Of a stretch of DNA of 64,000 nucleotides, positions 13,645 to 27,480 are shown piece after piece. Location of the stretch: the NCBI RefSeq assembly GCF_009914755.1, contig NC_060930.1. One strand, given 5' to 3'. This DNA is from the human T2T-CHM13v2.0 reference genome, Homo sapiens. Within the stretch, counting starts at the first letter, position 1. Each line of letters begins with the position of its first letter. The notes under the pieces were generated by a model. It did not search any database. It was given only the letters and a program-made list of their open reading frames with translations, and was not told where the DNA came from. A program made the translations under genes and the position numbers.

Positions 13645-15922
13645 TGATATGGTTTGGCTGTGTCCCCACCTCTCATCTTGAATTCCCACATGTTGCAGGA
13701 GGGACCCAGTGGGATATAACTGAATCATGGGGGCAAGTCTTTCCCATGCTGTTCTCATGATAGTGAATAAGCCTCACAAGATCTGATGGGTATATAAAGA
13801 GGAGTTCCCCTGCATAAGTTCTCTTTCTTTGCCTGCTGCCATCCATGTAAGACATGACTTGCTCCTCCTTGCCTTCTGCCATGATCATGAGGCCTCCCCA
13901 GCCATGTGGAACTGTAAGTCCATTAAGCCTCTTTCTTTTGCAAATTGCTCAGTCTCAGGTATGTTTTATCTGCAGTGTGAGAACAGACTAATACAGTAAA
14001 TTGGTACCAATAGAGTGGGGATCTGTTGAAAAGATACCCAAAAATATAGAAGCAACTTTGGAAAAATATGGAAGCAACTTTGACAGAGGTCGGCACAGTA
14101 TGGAGAAGAAGACAGGAAAATATAGGAAAGTCTGAAACTCCCTAGAGACTTGTTGAATGGCTTTTTCCAAAATGCTGATGATATGGACAGGAAATCCAGG
14201 CTGAGGTGGTCTCAGATGGAGATAAGGAACTTGTTGGGAATTGGAGCAAAGGTGACTCTTGCTATGTTTTAGCAAAGAGACTGGTGGCATCTTGCCCCTG
14301 CCCTAGAGATTTGTGGAACTTTAAACTTGAGAGAGATGATTTAGGGCACCTGGTGGAAGAAATTTCTAAGCAGCAAAGCTTTCAAGAGGTGACTTGGGTA
14401 GCATTAAAGGCATTTAGTTTTATAAGGGAAGCACAGCATAAAAGTTTGGAAAATTTGCAGCCTAACAATGCGATAGAAAAGATAATTCCATTTTGTGAGA
14501 AGAAATTCAAGCCAGCTGCAGAAATTTGCATAAGTAACAAGGAGCCGAATGTTAATCCCCAAGGCAATGGGAAAAATGTCTCCAGGGCATGTTAGAGACC
14601 TTTGCAGCAGCCCCTCCCATCACAGGCCTGGAGGTTTATGAGGAAAAAATGGTTTCATGGTCTGGGCCCAGGGTCCTTCTGCTGTGTGCATTCTAGGGAC
14701 TTGGTGCCTGTGTCCCAGCTGCTCCAGCCATGACTAAAAGGGGCCAATGTACAGCTCGGGCCATGGCTTCAGAGGGTGCAAGCCCCAAGCCTTGGCAACT
14801 TCCATGTGGTATTGAGTCTGCAAGTGCACAGAAGTCAAGAACAGAGGTTTGGGAACTTCTGCCTAGATTTCAGGAAATGTATGGAAATGTCTGGGTTCCC
14901 AGGCAGTAGTTTGCTGCAGAGGTGGGGCCCTCATGGAGAACCTCTGCTAGGGCAGTATAGAAGGGAAATGTGGGGTCAGAGTCCCCACACAGAGTCCCTA
15001 CTGGGGCACTGCCTAGTGGAGCTGTGAGAAGAGGGCCACCATCCTCCAGACCCCAGAATGGTAGCTGCACTGACAGTTTGCATCGTGTGCTTGGAAAAGC
15101 TGCAGACACCCAATGCCAGCCATGAAGGCAGCCAGGAGGGAGGCTGTACCCTGCAAAGCCCCAGGGGTGGAGCTGCCCAAGACCATGGGAACCCACCACT
15201 TGCATCAGCATGCCCTGGATGTGAGATGTGGAGTCAAAGGAGATCATTTTGAAACTTTAAGCTTTAACTGCCCCGCTGGATTTCAGACTTGTATGGGGCC
15301 TGTAGCCCCTTTGTTGTGGCCAATTTCTCCCATTTGGAATGGCTTTATTTACCCAATGCCTTTACCCTATTGTGTCTAGGAAGTAACTAACTTGCTTTTG
15401 ATTTTACAGGCTCATAAGTGGAAGAGACTTGCCTTGTCTTGGATAAGACTTTGGACTGTGGACTTTTCAGTTAATGTTGAACTGAGTTAAGACTCTGGGG
15501 GACTGCTGGAAAGACATGATTGGTTTTGAAATGTGAGGACATGAGATTTGGGAGGGGCCAGGTGCAGAATGATATGGTTTGGCTGTGTACCCACCCAAAT
15601 CTCATCTTGAATTCCCACATGTTGTGGAAGGGACCCAGTGGAAGGTAACTGAATCATGGGGGCAAGTCTTTCCCGTGCTGTTCTCATGATAGTGAATAAG
15701 CCTCATGAGATATGATGGTTTTATAAAGAGGAGTTCCCTTGCACAAACTCTCTCTTTGCCTGCTGCCATCCATGTAAGACATGACTTGCTCCTCCTTGCC
15801 TTCTGCCATGATTGTGAAGCCTCCCAGTCATGTGGAACTGTAAGTCTCTTAAACCTCTTTCTTTTGTAAATTTCTCAGTCTCAGGTATGTCTTTATCAGC
15901 AGCGAGAAAACAGATTAATTCA
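13645..15922 (+). mobile_element. Full-length THE1B-type MaLR (LTR 13645-13995, internal, LTR 15570-15922)
   Basis: Two direct ~350-bp LTRs TGATATGGTTTGGCTGTG...CAGACTAATACA; THE1-int ORF remnants (14206-14595 etc.); imperfect 5-bp TSD GTCCT/GTTCT. Confidence 0.93.
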
Positions 15923-18096
15923 GTTCTCCATCATGAGGAATCTGGTCATCAATCTTTTTGGCTGCTTCATGCTGAGGAGGGGCATTGTGGGCAGCTCCAT
16001 ACCATGGCTGAACACCTGGCTACCCAGGAATCCAAGGTTAATCTAACACTATAATTTTCTTCTGAACCACAATCTTTCTCCCCTGCAAGTTCCCCCTCCT
16101 CCCCCAAAGACAAATCACTGCAGGGCCATTTTTTCTTGATATTACACAAACATTTTATCCAAAAGTAAAAAAAAAAAAAAAAAAATTTACCCCAATATAG
16201 TCTCAGGTATTTTGCTATAGCAGAACAGACAGACTCAGGCACTTTGCCTGCTCACCTCTTATCTTCAGGTGAGAGGCGTCAGGCATCTCCACCCCACAGT
16301 CCTGCTGACAGCACCCTAACATACTCACAGGCAGGAAGCAGGAACGTAGGGGTGGGTTCCAGGGAAGAGAGGTGTCATGATGAGAAACACTTGTGGGGCC
16401 TGAGCTGACCTAGGCGGCCGAGGGAGGGAAAGAGCATCAGGCAGGAGAACCAAAGTGGACATGAGGAAGAGAGGAAGGTGGGCGAGCCCCTGGATGAGAA
16501 GGGGCCACCACGATGCCAGGCTCACCTCTGCCATTGAATAGCTGCTCGGTGACTCCTCACAGTCTGCAAAGCAACCTCCTTATAATCTATAGCTCACCAA
16601 GTCAGACTACCAATTTAGGACGTAAACAAGGCTGAGGAATTTTATCTTTCTTCCCGCAATCTAGGCACTCAGTCTTCCCTGCAAACTTGTGTGTCTCATG
16701 ACAGCCACACTTAAGGACAGCAGCGGGCAGCTGGAGGATCATTCCCTCTGGCTGCTGCCCCAGCTGTATTTACCTCTGGGCATAGTGACTATCTAAGATC
16801 TGGAACAACCTCTAAGAACAGGGTACAACCTTGACGTCTGAGAGAACATTACAGCTGGGGAAAGCTTGCTCCAGCAACTTCCCCCTCTCACTGTGTTCTC
16901 TTTGACCTCTTTATCACTTTTCCTGAAAAGGGAGGGAGCTGAGGAAAAGCATACAAGTCGCTTGGGTTATTGAGGCCAGAGGAAAAGAGTTCCAGATTTA
17001 AACGATATCAGTCCAGCTATAAACCACGCGATCCGCTGAGTATCAACTGACATGCAGACACAAAAGTGAATCCTCGCTTAAACTAATGTGAGGGGAATGA
17101 AAATTATTCTGCTTTTACAGGAGCACTGCCTGGCTGAGCAGGCGGTCTGGGCCAGCCACACAGAGATTGGTAGAAGGACTCCTGTCCCTGTCGACTCACA
17201 GCCAATGGACTTGGCTCCTTTCTTAGGGCCCTCCAGGATACAGGCTCCCCATTGTGCCTTGAGAATGAAGTCCATTTGCGCTGAAGAGGGAAGAGGGAAT
17301 TTTACATTTGCTTACATTAGAAGGCACTGTAGCCAATGAGAGCCAAATAACCCAAGAGTTTTGGCACTAGGAGGGACTTTAGGCCATTTAATTCACACTC
17401 ATCATTTTAGACAGATGAAACTGAGAAAGAAAGACGGAAGAGATTTGTACAAATTCACGGGTAAATCCTCAGCAAAGTTGAGTCTAGAATCTGGCAGACA
17501 CTCAGACCCTCCTCCTCCCTTTCCCTGCTGCCTCCATGGAAAACTTGGTAGTTTTCCTGGCTTGTTGTGGTTTTCTGAAAGCCCTTGGATTATCAGAGCT
17601 CACATTCACCTAGGCTTATTTCCTCAACTCACCAGCTGGGGCTGAATGAGGCTCAAAGACCAGTGGGAAGAGAGTGCTTGCTGAAGGGTGCATGGTAGAC
17701 TGAGAGAGAGGAACTATGAATTAGATTCATGACTTTACACTACCTACTTGAGAACTTCATTTTCAAATGTGCAAGGAGAAACAGACGCTCTTACTACACC
17801 CAACTAATCATTCAGCATGTGTCAGGTCCAGTGAGGAGGTGAACAGATGCAAACAGAACTCTTGGGGCATGCTTGATTCTGCATCAGTAAGCCATGATCT
17901 CACCATAAAAAATATCAGTCACCTCCTGTGGTTGGACACAAGTAGAGACTGTAGGTCCCCACCCTGATTAGCTTGCTACCAAGTGGAGCTGTTGCAATAA
18001 ATGCAAGTCTCAGCTCAGACCACATTTCATCAAATGCAGGGATCTTTGTTAGATACCAGATTATATTAATCTTTTAAAACCTTGCTAAGAGGAGAG

Positions 18097-18127
18097 GTCT
18101 CTCTCTCTCTCTCTCTCTATCTCTCTC
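18097..18127. repeat. (TC)n microsatellite
   Basis: Direct reading. Confidence 0.85.
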
Positions 18128-18215
18128 CTTGCAACCTCCGGCTCCCCCCAAAAAAAACAGCAGAAATACCCAGGCAAGAGAGAGTTGCTGTCCTTTAAAA
18201 GGTCTCTTTCTGCCC

Positions 18216-18311
18216 CTCCTATGCACCCTCTTTCCATAGGTGATGAGTCACAGGGCTCAGGGAATGTGTCTGCACCTGTGACTCATCACCAGTGGAAAGC
18301 CCATCCCATAT
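18216..18311 (+). ncRNA. MIR587: Annotated microRNA precursor hsa-mir-587 (mature 18231-18251)
   Basis: CTCCTATGCACCCTCTTTCCATAGGTGATGAGTCACAGG...CCTGTGACTCATCACCAGTGGAAAGCCCATCCCATAT matches my recollection of the miRBase entry. A 25-position stem is visible directly (18230-18254 with 18275-18299; one G:U, one A/A mismatch). Confidence 0.88.
18230..18302. promoter_or_regulatory. Candidate palindromic enhancer core: two inverted AP-1 sites, central TEAD motif, E-box, kB-like site
   Basis: TGAGTCA 18244-18250, GGAATGT 18261-18267, CACCTG 18273-18278, TGACTCA 18279-18285, GGAAAGCCC (rc GGGCTTTCC) 18294-18302. Function is inferred. Confidence 0.5.
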
Positions 18312-19136
18312 CCCACCTAAACCACTCTTTGGTGCCCAGGATCCCAAGGGCCCTGAACTCACTTCAGGCCTCTTCAGGGGGTCTGAGTCCTGAGGATCAT
18401 CTGTCTCATGGCTGTCCTCATCCCTAGGCCACCAGGCAGCCATTTATAAAGAATGGGCTATGCAGACTGGGGTGTCTTTAATATGGGATGAGGGATGGAG
18501 CTGGGAGCAGACAGAGAACGGAGACACTGGGACAAGCAGATGGAACTCTGAGTTGAAGAATTCTATATCCAAACTTGATATTCTAGGTCCCTCTGAATAT
18601 ATATTTTTCAAGGCAAGAGGATAGAGTATGTTCTATATTATGGTTTCTTAGCTGGATTTATAGCTTTTAGATGTTTAAACATATGCTATGTGGGTCTCCA
18701 TTTGCACTCTTGCCCCAGCCTGCAAATGTTGGAGACAAGTTTTTGAAGCAAACGCAAAGACTGGTTTCCTATGGTTAGATGGTGGGGGGCAAGGGGAGAG
18801 TGGTCTTATCCTTGGAGATGTCACACCAGTGGGCTCTAGACTCCCAGCCCTACACAGATGGCATAATTATTGGGCTTGATCATTTTTATCCCTTATTCAC
18901 ACAAGACAATTAGTCCCATTAGATTACTCCTAACCAAACAAAAAAAAATCTGCTGGTTTGCCAAATCAACAATTACTTTTAACACTTTTGTGTGCAAATA
19001 AAGGAAACTCAGTTGTTGACACAGACTAGAGTTCACTTTTTTGTGTTATCCATTAATTAATCAACCCTAAAGAGTAAAAGCAGATTAGGATTAATTGGTT
19101 TACACACATATTCCATTACTTATACTACAGTATTTA

Positions 19137-19470
<334 letters not shown>

Positions 19471-20452
19471 AATAATGACCACAAATACAGCATAGCAGCC
19501 AGCCTGCCAGAGTCCCCCTTTTGTTTCTAAACTGGATACACCTACGTGGGGTGGTGGCTGTGGGCAGCAGCTCTCAGGATGAGGAATCTACAAGACTCCA
19601 GAAGCCCAGAACAAAGGCTCCTCTCCCCTCCAGAAAGGGCATGCCAGCCCCTAGGATGATGTATATCACCGTTTCAGACAATCCTTCTTTAACCCAATAA
19701 ACCACATCCCCTAGGCCTATGCCCCAGGTTTGGGGTTCTAAGAGACTTACTGCACAATGTTTACGTAAAATCATTCTTCTTTTCTGTGCTGGTGCTCCAT
19801 ATTAAGCAACTTCCCTTTATCTGCACTTATGTTACAGGACCTAAGAATTTTCTACTTACATCCACTTAGGGGCTTTCCATGGGCAAATCTGGCCATGACC
19901 CATCACATGCTGTTTTTCCAGCTCTTTGCTGTGTTTACTTTTCATGTAAACTTGGGTTATTCCAATAATTGTTTTTCGGTAATTTGGAGAGTTACAGGAA
20001 TGCAACATTGAGCCCAAGAGGCAAGATCAAAACTAAAATTTGTGACATTAAATATCCAAGAGTTCTATCCAAAATCTTCTAGAAAGTTAATGAGAACCCC
20101 AGGCAAATCAACTGGAAGAAAAATATTTACCATTTAGCACTAGACAGTTGCAGGTACAAATCTTAGTCTACAGAAATGTCGACAAGCTAATCAGTGGGTT
20201 CCATTCCCATTCACCCAGGACACACAATACCACATTCAAGAATTCCCTAATGAATATACAGTTCTTACTTTCTCTGTGACCCACCTCCCCCACACCAAGT
20301 CCCCAGATACTGGAGACAGGGAGCTTCAAGTGGAGCACCACATATTCTCCTAAATCTCTTGTATAAGTCAGAGTCCTTCCTTTACACACAAGGGCTTTAA
20401 AAACTCAAAAGCCAGGAAAATGGGCTTCTATATCTCTGTCCCCTGTTGACTA

Positions 20453-20806
<354 letters not shown>

Positions 20807-23800
20807 TTAAGAAAGAAATACAGGAGGAAAAAAACTATATAATACTTCAAAATTAATATCCAACCATAATACTAACAGTTTTGAATATATTTCCATATAG
20901 CCTGTTGATAAAAAAAATCTTTCTTTAAAATATAGATATGATTACAAGCCTCCAACAGTTTCATGTTCCCCACAAAGGAAGTATTAGAAAGATCCTCCTA
21001 CATTTGGAAAATGAAGTGCTGGCACCACTGAGATATTTGTCTGGGAGACCTACTATTTGCATGGGCAGAGAAAACATTCACATGGAATATTCAACCACAA
21101 AAGCATCAGATCCTGGGAACAAAACTAACAATTTCCCAAACACTTCCAAAACATAGCTCTGACCTCTACTCCATCAAAAATTCTGATTTAATTTGAGGAG
21201 ATTCTGCTCTATTTCTTAAATCAAATGTCCCTATCTCTCTTGCACCGTGAATGCTCTGAATCGACCAGTAAGACAAGAACAACATTAAAACCAACAGTGA
21301 GGGCAGTTTCAGCATCATCTTGCTCTCCTCCAAGACTTCCCCTGGTTACCTTGCTCCTTTCTCCCTGCCAGACCTTGAGTTCTCTTTTCCAAAACATGGC
21401 TTGAGCACCTCCTTGAAGAAGTCTTCCTCATGTCTCTTATCTTGTTCTAATCATCCCATGGCTAGCGTAAGTAGCACAGATCCCATCTGCATTCCAGCTA
21501 TATGTGTTCCTGTTGTTTCTTCCTGTCTTCTCATTAGCCTATAAGCTCTATTGTACAAGGTCTACACACTCACATCCACTGTAGTACCCATAACCATGTT
21601 GCACAATATTCTGCATACAGAGGGAACTTAATAATTTTTGCAGTTTGACTTTTGGGTCTCTATTCTGGCTCCTGGGTAATCATTTATCAGCAAACAAATT
21701 AGTTATCAGTGAAACAGCCATGGTTTCCAGAGTTAATCATTTGTATTTCCACTGCTGGAAAAAACAACACATACCACTTTCCTTGCAGAGAGGCATGCGG
21801 TCAGAACGTCACTGGCAGATCTCGCCTGAGAGTTTTGACGCTTGTAACTCTGCCCTGGAAAGGTGAATCAACTTTTATTTTGATTCATGTGTTTTTCCAG
21901 GTTCCTTTAGCCTAAATGCATAAAAGTCAGAGAAAGTCATCACCATAATACTGATAACAACAATGACAAAGATATACACATACAGTCAGTGGCTGAACAC
22001 CCACCAGCAAGATTGCTGGAAACCAAGCCGCACCACACCTGCCGGAGCATCCAGGACCATCTACTCAGTGCAGGCTCAGCAGCCATGCCTACCTTTGTCC
22101 ATCCCAGGTATGGCTCCCCCAGGTGCCAGGGCTACTTCTCTCTCTTCTAGTGGCTGCTCTTCCTGCTGGCACGCAGCACCTGCCTCCCAGCTCTAAGCCT
22201 GTGGGGCAGCCAGGAGAGTCTTGCCTCTGGCCTCCGTTGGTCCCATACTTCCTGGCGAGTGGCTTTGCACGGCAGCCCAGCCCTGGGGAACTTTTCAAGG
22301 GAGAGGGCTTCTTTCCCTCCCTAACTCCCCTACCCTCACCCAACCCCACTCCATACTGGCCCTTTACCATCGCCAGTTGTTGCCTTGCCAGGTACTGTGG
22401 AACACCTACATCTTTCCCTATCACAGGGCTTGGACACACAGGCGTTGGAGTCAGATACGCTGTGTTTCAATTTTCAACCCCCTACACCAATTGCTTCTCT
22501 TTTCTGAACCTCAATTTTGTCATCCACAAAATAGAGATAGTATAATAATACCTGCCTTATGGTGGTGTTGTTAGAATTAAGCAGTAACGTCACTCGTAAT
22601 GATAACAGCTGTACTGACCAAGGGACTTGTACGTGCTGGGTGCCATGCAGTGTTTTGTACCTCTTCTTGGAGCCCAGCATGGCGTCTAGCCCAGAACAAG
22701 TAGTCTGCAGCTTCCTTCCCCCTCTTCTTCTTTCTTTTCTCCTCCCTCCTTCATTCCCTAAATCAAATAGGACCTGGGGGTGCAGCATCTGGTCCCTTAT
22801 GGGGGCTTTTTCCTCTCTGCAGCATCTTCCCTTCTTCTACAGGCCATCTGAGAGAACCCAGACCCCTACCCCCAGACTCTCCGCCCACTAGAAACAGGAG
22901 CCTTTTCACTCTCCTGCCCAAGTCCCCCACCTAACAGGGTAGCTCCATTTCTGTTTCCAGCCAGGTTTCCAAGCTCCATCCCCATGTTGGGGCTCTGCAC
23001 CTGGTGTTCTGTTGCTCCAGGGAACACAGATGGCCAATAGCTAGAGATAAGGTCAGCTCTGTGTCCTCCTGGACCACAGAATGTGCCCCTAAGAGCCCTT
23101 TCCTTCCACTTCAGCACACAGGCAGGCCATTTGCACCAGGAATGCTGCAAAACACTGACTGGACACAGATAATCAATGCTTAAGCATAATGGTCTCCAAC
23201 GGAGCAGGAGAAGGTCAGGAACCAGCAGGGCATAGCCATCCCCCTATCCTGGGGGAGGCAGTCAAGAGGAAGGGCCCCTGGGGAAAGAGGGAGCTGCACC
23301 TCGCATCAGGGGAGGGGGTGAGTGGAACACCAAGATTTACTGGACTTCAGGGGCCATCCTATTGTGGGCTAGCCTCTGAAGAACCTTTAGTAGATTTTGC
23401 CACACTTGGCCCTGGCTCTGGTGCACATGCCTCCATTGCCTCAGCAAGGCTGCTGAGCTCTCCCTCTCCCTCTGTTCCATTCTTGCTTACATAAGGCCCT
23501 GAACAGCATCTCTTTGTATTTATTCATATGCACCAAATCTCATCCACAACACACTTCAATAGTCATAGACACTTTAAATCCTACTGTTAAAATCCATTTC
23601 CTTGCTTCTATGCCATTCCATTCCTTCCACTCCCTCCCAGTTGTTCTCAAAGGAAACCATGCATCAAACATTTGAGCCTCCCTCATCAGTTCTTACTCCA
23701 AGTCTCCAGGGCCATGTGACTGTCTATGATCTAATTTCCTGTGGGGTCAATATACAATTCAAACACTTCATCAACAGACCACAGCAACTGTGGCCTCCAC

Positions 23801-26210
23801 TTTCTACCTTCTTGTCCTGGGCAGGGCTAGGCCTGGTCACTTTCAGGACACTGAGACTCTTTCCTGCCGTCTACATCAAAAAAAGGGACCACCCGCAGCA
23901 GAGGCAAAGACTTCAAGAATGTGCCCTGATGGACAGTACTTACCTCCCTCTGTCCAGGAGGACAGGAACAGCAGAAACTCTCACTATCTAACAAGAGGAG
24001 AAACAAGGTTGGATGTCTCCAGAAGTTGTGAAAGTCAGAGAAATCATACGAATAAACAGACACTAAGCTCTGGTGCAGTCTAAGTGATTTATGTTCACTG
24101 TATCTTTACAATAATCCTGGGGTTTAAGTACTGTTACTCTCCACTTCCAAAGTAGACAAGTAAATAGCAGACAAGTAAATGGAGGCTCACCATGGCTCTA
24201 TAACTGTCCCATGGTCACACAGGCCAAAGCACAGAGGAAAATGACGGATGCATCCCTCCCCTTTTGCTTTAGGAAGGGTGGTCCCCAGGACCTGGTCTGG
24301 AAGACAGAAAAAAAATTAAAAAGAGCTGGACTACTCAGCATAATAAAATGATGGAGGGTTGCCAAATTGGCCCTAGCACTTGAAGAAAGAGGATGGTTAT
24401 TGAAGAGAGAAGGGGCTTTCCAGAGAAAAAGGAAGGAGGTTTTGGTACTTAAAACAACCTGTTAGAAATTTGTAAGAGTTTGTCTAGTGTGACTTGGCAT
24501 GTTTTTGTGCTGCATTAGGTAGAACTGTAATTTTCTTCTGCTACCCCAAATCTTCAGTGAAAGTCAGCCAAATGTGCCAGCACTACCCACCATAACATTT
24601 GTGAACAGATGTAGGTGTTGCTTGGAGAATAAAAGGAGGGAGCAAAGTCCGGCACGGAGGAAGCAGTGTGGAGAGAGGACAGTGGCTTTGATGGGCAAAC
24701 ACTGGGCCCAAGACCACACTGGGCAACCGAGAATTGGGTCTGAGCAGGAATGGGAGGGAAAGGCAGGCTCTGCAAATGCGAAGGCCCTGGGGAATCTTTG
24801 AAAATGCTGAGGGGAAATGCGATTCCCCATGTAATTTCGGATGGAGGCTTGAGCCATTCGATGTGGATATTAAAGAAAGTGTGACTTCCAGGAGGCTGAA
24901 GGTTTGGAACCCTTTGTTATACCTCTTGCAATTCTATCAACAACCCATGAGATAAAACTTATTTTCCCCTTTGTACAGATGAGAAAGCCCAAGTCATTTA
25001 AGAGGTGGATGTAGCCTGGAACCAAAAGACAGGGCCGTGACAGATCGTGTCTGTCCAGTCTGCTCTGAGAACTGCCCCACTGTGGAGCACTTCACCCGGC
25101 CAGCAAGCTCCACTCACTCCCGCACAGAACTGCTCAGAAGTCCTTCGTGCTGAATTTTGTATTCCACCCTATCCCCCATGTCACTGCAATCTAAACCTTT
25201 TCCTTGAGGACTTCAATGTTAGAAGTCCGGGCTCTGACTCAGACAGCCTAGTTGAGTGACCTTCACATGACTTGGACTCAATTTCCTTGTCTATAAAAAT
25301 AGGTAATACCAACATCTATTTCATAAGAGTGTCGTAAGGATTAAACAGGAAAAAAAAGTGAAGGACCTAACGTATTGTTAGCTTTCAGTAAATATTAATA
25401 GAATTAATATTTTTAGTTATTAATTAAATTATTAACTAATTAAAATAATAATTACTATTATTGTTTTTCCTTGACTTAATGTCCTGTGTACTTTTAGTTT
25501 CCCTCAATGCTAACATCCAGTACAAAATCAGAACATTGATACTGGTGCAACCCACAGAGTTCATCAGTTTTGCATGCTGTCATTTGTGTGTGTGTTTGTG
25601 TGTGTGTGTCCCTGTACCATTTTATCGCCTGTGTAGATGCGTGTGACCACCACCACAATCACGATACAGAACGGTTCCATCAGCACCGAGGTCCTTGTGC
25701 TTCCTCACCTCCCTTCTTGCCCCTCCTTTATCCTTGCCCCCCGGTTATTTTTAGTCCCCACGAAGTGTCTCAGAGAAATCTCAGACATGTTTTCCCACTC
25801 CAGCCTGTTTGACGTTGTTGCTTCCTGCAAGCCACCAGGGAGGCCAGGGGCTGCCCCTTTGTCATCAATCTCCTAAAGGCCTGTGCCCTCCTGCCCAGGA
25901 TACTACCTCCACGTTCCCGCGAAGCTGAGACACGTCAGGTATGCCAAATGGAGCTACAGTGTGTGTCAATTACACAGGATGTTCTGTAAGAAATGGGGAG
26001 ACTGCCCATTCCCCAGCTCTATGTTGCATTTGGCCACATGAGACCCAAAGCAGATTGCATCTGCCCAAACCATACATCCCCTACCCGTTCTGACTGCAGT
26101 TGCCTTGTTTTCGAAGGTCAGATCCAAACCCTGGGACTGGGCTGGGCAGACATTGTCTTTCCTCCTAATCTCTAAACCTGTGTCCCCCTGGGGCCTCTGT
26201 TCAAAGCTTC

Positions 26211-26283
26211 TTTTTTTTTTTTTTTTTTTTTTTGAGATGGAGTCCTGCTCTGTCACCCAGGCTGGAGTGCAGTGGTGCGATCT
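26211..26283 (-). mobile_element. Extremely 5'-truncated Alu (50-bp body plus poly-A)
   Basis: Perfect TSD TGTTCAAAGCTTCTT at 26198-26212 and 26284-26298. Confidence 0.93.
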
Positions 26284-26883
26284 TGTTCAAAGCTTCTTCA
26301 GCACAATTTTGGTTTTCCTGGATAAACAGATGCACAGGGGGTTCACCACATATAAGCTCATCAGATAGACCAAGCTACATTGCAGGATCACAGTTTAGGC
26401 TTGGCTGAGGTGCCTGACTCCTCTCAGGATAAATTTGACAGCATTAAAAACAGATGAAATAGCCAACCTAAGCTCTCAGGAAAGAAGTCCTCAGGTTTGT
26501 AGGTTCATAATTTAATTCAAAATAAAAGTTTTACTGAGTCTAGCTTTGGTCAAAAATATTTGATTGTCTAAAGAAGGTAATTACCTTCTCTTAGTCACCT
26601 ACCATCTAACATAAGATGTGTTCATGGTAATTAACCTGTATCTCAGTATTTAAGTTACAGAATAGCAAAGGGGAAATGTGACTTGGCTACAGGAGGATTA
26701 ACATCACCCAAAGATAGATAGAGAGACTTAAAACCTCTTTGCAGAAGAGAATATCATGTTTTAGGCAGTGCAAGGAGAGTTGCATCATGTTAGGCAAAAG
26801 CATAATGTTGCTATTGTCTTTATTGGGAAGTTAAACATGGTTAAAAGAAGTGCGTGTGAATGCCAAGTTTACAAGGAATAGAC

Positions 26884-27480
26884 TGTGGTGGCTTTGTACC
26901 ATGACAACTGAGCTTAACAAAACCTGTGTTTTCAAGAATTCCCTTCCCTGTGTAGTTCTAGGTTATGGTTGGCGACAAGACATATTTTCCATCAGACTTG
27001 GAAGGTGGGCATGGAGCAGTGGCCATATTTCCTATGCCCTGAATGTAGCAGCAGGGCAGCAGGTGCTGTGGCAGCTGGCAAACGTTGTCACTGATGTGGT
27101 GTGTGTGCCCAGACCCACAGCTCCTCCAGCTCCTGCCAGATCTCCTCCATCTGTTTCTCTGAGTCCTGGGCCAGGTGATAGTGCAGCTCCATGGCGAAGG
27201 GCTCCAGCTTCTCCAGCAGGTCATGCAGAATTGAGGCTGGAGTGGATGGGAGAGGGATACCTGGTTCCAGTTGGTCTGTCTTCGTGGTTTCTAATTATCT
27301 TCGTGGGTTCCATTTCGTCTTTGTGGTGTCGTGTTTGTCCTTCTTCTTATCCACACCCAGCTCCCATTCCAACTGTCTCTCTATCTGACCCATAGGACTT
27401 CAGGTCAACAGTAGACACCACAGGGGCAATGATGGGCATAGATCGCCTCCCCCCAGCTCCCTCATGGCAAAACTAGGACT
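26884..27480. mobile_element. Old ERVL-type LTR (LTR40/41-like)
   Basis: TGTGGTGGCTTTGT...CAAGAATTCCCTTCCCTGTGTAGTTCTAGGTTATGGTTGG resembles recalled ERVL LTR ends. Right boundary is approximate. Confidence 0.5.

Noticed and set aside
14206-15379. Several 60-130 aa ORFs
   Set aside because: Broken THE1 internal ORF remnants.
25831-25850. GCCACCAGGGAGGCC CTCF-like string
   Set aside because: Mismatches at core GGC positions make it a weak match.
26850-27395. 181-aa ORF
   Set aside because: GTG start, overlaps a probable old ERVL LTR, no recognisable domain.
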